This document shows positions 59,059-64,000 of a stretch of DNA of 64,000 nucleotides, piece by piece. Positions within the stretch are counted from its first letter, which is position 1. Each line of letters opens with the position of its first letter. The translations under genes and the position numbers were made by a program. Below the pieces are notes generated by a model. The model did not search any database, was not told where the DNA came from, and worked only from the letters and a program-made list of their open reading frames with translations. Source of the stretch: Candidatus Omnitrophota bacterium. Lineage in GTDB: Bacteria > Omnitrophota > Gorgyraeia > Duberdicusellales > 4484-171. The DNA is taken from assembly GCA_016935525.1 (NCBI GenBank), contig JAFGQU010000023.1, forward strand, positions 64,897 through 128,896, given 5' to 3'.

Positions 59059-61302
59059 TTATCTATATTCCAGAACAACTCTTATATACCCTTGGGGCAA
59101 TGGAACCTGGTTCAGAATACCGGTAAGATCAGCCTGATGACACTCTTTTCCGGTAAATCCAGCCACTTTTAACCAGATAATACCATGAGAATCGGTCTTC
59201 ATCTCGAGAGTGACTTTTTTTAACGACCACTTCCGGAAAAGATCTTCTAACTTACTTTTTACCGGGTCGATGAGCGTATCGAACCTATCTTGGGTCCATC
59301 CTTGCGGAAACACGCCGTTACCGGCCACGAGATGAGATGACTCCGCTTTTACCTCGGGCGCGGCAGCCATATCGTTACGGCTTAACGATAAAGATCCGGC
59401 AACCGATTTGAAACAGGCTTGAGGAAAAGATCCCCGTTCTTCCAACGCCAGTTCACTTACTCCCTGCGGTAAGGGAAGAGGCTGTTTCACGGTCACGACT
59501 TCTCCGGTTTCCCGGACAACCGTATCGACCGCGACAAAGGAGGTATATTCGGTCATAAGCGAATATTTCAATCCCAACTCCGCCACCTGATCTTTTACAT
59601 TCATACCCACACTTGCGTAATCGGAAAGTCTCGCGATTTTTTCTCTTGCCCACAAATACCGCAGGGCGCTGTTGGTTTCGTTTTCTTTATAATCCGTTAC
59701 CTTGATCACTCGACGATACGGGCCGCCTGCGGTATTTCCGGTCACCACGATCTCACCTTCAGGGTTTTTGTATTTCCCGTACACGATCAAAGGACGCATC
59801 GCAAAGAGATCGCCGATCGCCTCAGGTCCCACATCATAAGCCTCGAACCCGCGATACTCTACTTTGATGTCGGTCAACACCGGCCAACTCACGTAGGTCA
59901 AAAACGTTTCGGCCAATTGTTGGGCTTCTCGTTGATCGGTCGCCACAAACGGCGCGCCTGACCCGGCCCGGGCCAATCCTTCGATAAGGTACCGGTTAGT
60001 GCTTGCGCCGATACCGAACGTGAAACAATTCGCATCCCCTATACGCTTTGAAATCATATCAAACGCTTCTTTTTCGACCGAGATATACCCGTCGGTCGCG
60101 ATCACTACCGTACGCGATACACCCTCTTTCTTTTCGAGCGCCAGAGTATGAGTCAATGCCGAAAGCAGGTTTGTCCCGCCGCCGCCTTGCTGGCTATCAA
60201 GCATAGCAATAGCCTGACGGATATTATCCGGTGTCACCGGGAGCGGATACGGCGATAATACGCGTGAGCCGCCGGCAAAAAACACGATATTAAAATAATC
60301 CTTTCCGTTAAGATCATTCAGGATGTTACGAATAAGCGTCTTTGATACTTCCAGAGGAAATCCGTTCATCGATCCGGACACATCGACTACGAACACGTAT
60401 TCCCGCGGCGGCACATCACGCACCTCAACCCTTTTAGGCGGCTGGACCATTAACAGGAAAAAATTCTCTTTTTCGCCGGGATACAGCATAAGGCCAGTTT
60501 GGATCTGATTACCTTTTAACGCGTACCGTAATATAAAATCCCGGTTTCCCCCTTGAACTTCCTCAGAAAGTTTTACGCGGGTATAGAGATCGCCTTCTTC
60601 GACAGTCACGTTATGAGAAGGGACCCATACCTCATCGACCGCGACCGGAGTGTTAAGCGTCACTTCTATATCGATATCATAAGGGACTTCTTCTTTATTC
60701 CGCAGATACGGCATCGCGACCCAGGGATTTTCTTTTTCAGGATCTTTTACCTCACCGTTATACCGCGGGCCGACGACCGTGGGAAATACGAATTCATAGG
60801 TACTGTTTTGAGGTACAATCAGCTCAGTATAATGGACCGTGACTTCAATCATATCGCCGGGCATAATGTTTGCCACGTTCATCTGGAACACGTTCGGACG
60901 TTGCTGCCGGAGTAGTGAGGCGATTTGTCCCGCATTCTTCGCGGTTTCATAGATATTTTTTGCGGTTTCTTTTTCTTCGATCTTGGCGGTAATCACCCGG
61001 TCGGCTATCTTCATCTGCATCCGGTTGATCGCCGCGTGCGCCCCCAGGGGAAACACGTACATTGCCTCTATCGTTTTATTCCCCTCATTTTTATACGTCT
61101 GGATGAACTCCACATAGGCGACAACCCCGGCGATATTTACGTGTACTTTTGTCCCTAAAAGCGGGAATTGTTCGACTCCTTCTTTACCGGCCACCTGAAA
61201 ATACGGCGACTGGTGGGCGGCCGGCTTATCCTGCGCCCAGCTTACGGGAACGATATGCCCGATCATCCCGAGAAACCCCAGAACCATTATAAGTTTTCTC
61301 AT
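59059..61302 (-). CDS. Secreted VIT + von Willebrand factor A domain protein (inter-alpha-trypsin-inhibitor-like)
   Basis: Signal peptide; VIT motifs (EAMYVFPL, LL.QQRPNVFQMNVANI.PG); MIDAS DVSGS..T..TDG; YTSFVAVD. Confidence 0.9.
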   Translation of the reverse strand: MRKLIMVLGFLGMIGHIVPVSWAQDKPAAHQSPYFQVAGKEGVEQFPLLGTKVHVNIAGVVAYVEFIQTYKNEGNKTIEAMYVFPLGAHAAINRMQMKIADRVITAKIEEKETAKNIYETAKNAGQIASLLRQQRPNVFQMNVANIMPGDMIEVTVHYTELIVPQNSTYEFVFPTVVGPRYNGEVKDPEKENPWVAMPYLRNKEEVPYDIDIEVTLNTPVAVDEVWVPSHNVTVEEGDLYTRVKLSEEVQGGNRDFILRYALKGNQIQTGLMLYPGEKENFFLLMVQPPKRVEVRDVPPREYVFVVDVSGSMNGFPLEVSKTLIRNILNDLNGKDYFNIVFFAGGSRVLSPYPLPVTPDNIRQAIAMLDSQQGGGGTNLLSALTHTLALEKKEGVSRTVVIATDGYISVEKEAFDMISKRIGDANCFTFGIGASTNRYLIEGLARAGSGAPFVATDQREAQQLAETFLTYVSWPVLTDIKVEYRGFEAYDVGPEAIGDLFAMRPLIVYGKYKNPEGEIVVTGNTAGGPYRRVIKVTDYKENETNSALRYLWAREKIARLSDYASVGMNVKDQVAELGLKYSLMTEYTSFVAVDTVVRETGEVVTVKQPLPLPQGVSELALEERGSFPQACFKSVAGSLSLSRNDMAAAPEVKAESSHLVAGNGVFPQGWTQDRFDTLIDPVKSKLEDLFRKWSLKKVTLEMKTDSHGIIWLKVAGFTGKECHQADLTGILNQVPLPQGYIRVVLEYR

Positions 61303-61324
61303 GTTTCCCTCCTTTCATGAGGCC

Positions 61325-61476
61325 ATCACTTACGGAATTTTAATGAACGTAAGTGATCCGGCCGAATTAAATCCTTGACAATTGTAGTGCGTAATTCAAT
61401 TGTCAAGGATCAGGTTCGTTCATCGGACTTATGTTCGCCCACTTTGTTACCTCCATAAGTCCGGAACTCACCTGAT
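61325..61476. other. Three-hairpin structured leader of the VIT-vWA gene
   Basis: ATCACTTACG/CGTAAGTGAT, ATCCTTGACAATTG/CAATTGTCAAGGAT, CGGACTTATG/CATAAGTCCG stems. Confidence 0.65.
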
Positions 61477-61504
61477 TGGACACCGCAAGGCACAGGATTG
61501 TTCC
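61476..61504 (-). promoter_or_regulatory. ECF (sigmaE-like) promoter
   Basis: Minus strand GGAACAA-N16-GTCCAA, directly downstream of the ECF/anti-sigma pair. Confidence 0.6.
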
Positions 61505-61540
61505 AAAAAAATCACCTTTTTTTAAAGGGAAAAAATGAGG

Positions 61541-62410
61541 TTATTCGGCGAGTTTTTTATGTAACCGGATATGTAACACAACACTCTGGTATCGATCAAG
61601 TTCTTTTCGCGGGCTGACGAGGATGTCGGCAATATCCGTTTTTTCAAGTTCGTCTAAAAACGAAGTAATACTTCGCCCGTCAGCTTTCACCGCGAACTCA
61701 AGAAATTCTATATTCTCGGTATTTACTTTACGCAGGTCTTCGTTTAACGGGGCGATTACCGGGATATTCAGTTTTTCAAGCAGTGTGAGGATAGCGGTTA
61801 TTCCCTGACGCAGGTCTTTTACCGTAACTTCTAATCGTTGTTCGGATATCGCCGTGAGCCCGCCCTGAGCGACACCGATCATTTCTTTTTGCATCAACGC
61901 CGCCGACGGCTCCCTTTTCATCTGAACAGCTTTCCTCTCTTCTAAAGCAAAACTCTCGCGCATACCATTTTCCCGTTCTTGTCTCAAAATGCCGCCGGTC
62001 TCGCGCGCGGGGCTTGCCGGTATAACGGCTGTTGTTTCATCGCCTTTTTGGACCATCATCTTCATCGGCGCGTTCACTTCAAGGGTCTTAAATACCGCGA
62101 CCACACAGATACACACTACCACCAGCGCTACCGGGATTTTAAGCGCCGAATTTTTCATTATCCTTTTTAAAACCGAATCGAGCTCTTTTTGCCGGCCCAG
62201 ACGCGTGTTCACCCGGTCCAGGAAATCCGACGGGGCGTGTTCGTGCGGCTCTTCTTTCAATAAATAAGATATCTGCCGTAACGATTCAAGATCACGGCTA
62301 CAGGCGGCGCATCCGGCAAGATGTTCTACGACCTCGTTATGATCGATGGCATCCAGTTCACCGTCTAAGTATTGGCCTAACAATTCTTTTATACGGTCAC
62401 ATCCACTCAT
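61541..62410 (-). CDS. Zinc-finger (zf-HC2) membrane anti-sigma factor
   Basis: C.....LL..YLDGEL...HLAGCAAC, a single TM helix, extracytoplasmic domain. Confidence 0.9.
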   Translation of the reverse strand: MSGCDRIKELLGQYLDGELDAIDHNEVVEHLAGCAACSRDLESLRQISYLLKEEPHEHAPSDFLDRVNTRLGRQKELDSVLKRIMKNSALKIPVALVVVCICVVAVFKTLEVNAPMKMMVQKGDETTAVIPASPARETGGILRQERENGMRESFALEERKAVQMKREPSAALMQKEMIGVAQGGLTAISEQRLEVTVKDLRQGITAILTLLEKLNIPVIAPLNEDLRKVNTENIEFLEFAVKADGRSITSFLDELEKTDIADILVSPRKELDRYQSVVLHIRLHKKLAE

Positions 62411-62990
62411 AATAGTCTTTCAATTTCTGTCTCAATTCCGCGCGCGCGCGCGCCAGACGCGATTTTACCGTACCGATATCTATTTTAAGTATCGCCGCGA
62501 TCTCGTTATATTTTAACTGTTCGAACTCTTTTAACACAACGATCTCTTTATATTCTGTTTTTAGACTATCAACAGTATCCCGTACTATCTTGCGGCGTTC
62601 TTTATCGCTCGTCTCGTCCCGCGGAGTCGGCATACCGGAATCTATCTCGCGGCGCATCACGCCGCCGGCGGCCTCGACCGGGCTATCCAGGGAATAAGCG
62701 ACGTTACGGCGCAGCCGCGCGCGGCTCCGGAGACGGTTTTTACACATATTCATACATATCCGGTAAAGATAGGTCGATAACAGAGAGTCTCCCCGGAACT
62801 CTTTCAGGTGCCGGTATAACGAGACAAACACATCCTGGGATACATCCAAAGCGTCATTGCGGTCGCGTAACATCTTCATGCACACATTAAACACCATATC
62901 CTGATATTTTAATACTATTTTATTGAACGCGGCATGGGCGCCCCGCGTAAACTCTTCGATCAACCGGATATCGTCGCTATGATTAGACAC
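62397..62990 (-). CDS. ECF RNA polymerase sigma factor
   Basis: DALDVSQDVF, FRGDS.LSTYLYRI..N, Y.EIA.IL....GTVKSRLARAR. Confidence 0.95.
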   Translation of the reverse strand: MSNHSDDIRLIEEFTRGAHAAFNKIVLKYQDMVFNVCMKMLRDRNDALDVSQDVFVSLYRHLKEFRGDSLLSTYLYRICMNMCKNRLRSRARLRRNVAYSLDSPVEAAGGVMRREIDSGMPTPRDETSDKERRKIVRDTVDSLKTEYKEIVVLKEFEQLKYNEIAAILKIDIGTVKSRLARARAELRQKLKDYYEWM

Positions 62991-63053
62991 TTTCCGTCCG
63001 CCTTTTGTTCCGTTTTTTATATACTGTATTTTCGGCCGCCGCGCGGGATGAGA

Positions 63054-63176
63054 GTCACACAGTCACATGGTCACATGTCACACGTAAAGAAAAAACTGTG
63101 GTTAAGCTCTCTGAAAATAGATCTTTTGCGTTATACTACGGACCACAGACTATGGACTACAGGCCATCGACTATCG
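63054..63176. repeat. Chimeric periodic insert (GTCACA arm plus GACTA/GACCA heptamer arm)
   Basis: gtcacaca gtcacatg gtcacat gtcacac ... gaccaca gactatg gactaca ggccatc gactatc; the hflX stop lies in the last unit. Confidence 0.7.
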
Positions 63177-64000
63177 CTCTATTTCTTTAATCTGAGCGCC
63201 CTTTTTTTCCAAAGAAGAGATCAGATCGTTTTTGATCACTGTTTTTACCTCGACGTGCTCGGCGGTATAATTCACTTTTATCACGGAGGCGTGGCGGTAA
63301 AGCCAGTCGAGTATTTTCATCTCCGCGAAATTAAACGTCACCCATACCGTCTTATTATCGACAAAAAGTATCTTCTGGATCTCAGCTAAGAGTTCAGACA
63401 CATTCGCCCGGGTAAGGGCTGAAACAAGTATCGCTTCCGGATATTTCACCTGCATCCTCTCGATCTCAGCGTCACTTAACCGGTCGATCTTATTAAAAAT
63501 AAGCAGCTGATGTTTTTCGTTCAACTCCAGGTCTTTCAGTATCTCATCGACAGCCTTGATCAGTTTCGGATAATTTTCGTTACTCACATCGACCACATGA
63601 AGCAAAAGATCCGCGTACTGTAACTCTTCCAGCGTCGCTTTAAACGATTCCACAAGATACGGCGGCAGTTTATAGATAAATCCGACCGTATCGGTGATCA
63701 CTATCTGCAGATGATTATCGAAGGTGAACGTCCGGCTTACCGGATCGAGCGTAGTAAACAAAGAATCTGACGTTTCCCGTCCGGCGCCCGTCAACGTGTT
63801 CAGCAGGGTAGATTTACCGGCATTGGTATATCCGACCAGGGAACATACTTGTACCTGTTCTTTCTGTCGTTTTTTCCGTATGGTATCCCGATGTTTACGT
63901 ACGTTTTCCAGTTCTTTTCTTAACCGCGTGATCCGTTCGTCGATCCGCCGCCGGTCGATCTCGATCTTCCTTTCGCCCGGCCCTCTAGTCCCGATACCGC
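63171..64000 (-). CDS. hflX: GTPase HflX (5' part outside the window)
   Basis: GIGTRGPGE...DRRRI, LVGYTNAGKST, LFTTLDP, DTVGFI, NKID. Confidence 0.95.
   Translation of the reverse strand, partial: GIGTRGPGERKIEIDRRRIDERITRLRKELENVRKHRDTIRKKRQKEQVQVCSLVGYTNAGKSTLLNTLTGAGRETSDSLFTTLDPVSRTFTFDNHLQIVITDTVGFIYKLPPYLVESFKATLEELQYADLLLHVVDVSNENYPKLIKAVDEILKDLELNEKHQLLIFNKIDRLSDAEIERMQVKYPEAILVSALTRANVSELLAEIQKILFVDNKTVWVTFNFAEMKILDWLYRHASVIKVNYTAEHVEVKTVIKNDLISSLEKKGAQIKEIER

Overview
A gene-dense 64 kb bacterial chromosomal segment, almost entirely on the minus strand, from a probable anaerobe (the gene content is compatible with a PVC-group lineage such as Omnitrophota; this is inference only). 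From left to right: (1) a rex / histidine kinase / hydB / hydA / hydC / hydF / response regulator operon for a predicted electron-bifurcating group A3 [FeFe]-hydrogenase, with two Rex boxes; (2) an rlmD-like methyltransferase, a uracil-DNA glycosylase and a glgB-treZ-GH57-treY glycogen/trehalose cluster; (3) an ArsR-headed biosynthetic-looking operon. It encodes a 46-aa peptide, a KamA-type 2,3-aminomutase fused to an ATP-grasp ligase, a second ATP-grasp ligase, a GNAT, a 53-aa LysW-like zinc-ribbon protein absent from the ORF track, and MarC. This is the best candidate for an undescribed pathway; (4) an orphan divergent flagellin with a GGA-hairpin (CsrA-like) leader; (5) three tRNA genes (His, Arg, Pro), each preceded 160-179 nt upstream by a copy of its own 5' end followed by hairpin DNA; (6) housekeeping genes (rdgB, rph, fumarate hydratase, queEDC, murI, amidase, mgtE, accD); (7) a heat-shock cluster (hspR-like, hsp20, rhomboid, clpB, hpf, hrcA, grpE, dnaK, dnaJ) with two CIRCE elements; (8) an ECF sigma/anti-sigma pair with a VIT-vWA gene, and hflX. 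Many gene junctions hold 80-170 bp inserts built from imperfect 7-11 nt periodic repeats, often with reverse-complementary arms. They fall into several families, some run into protein C-termini, and they are the second major unexplained signal. I found no CRISPR array, rRNA, integrase or transposase.
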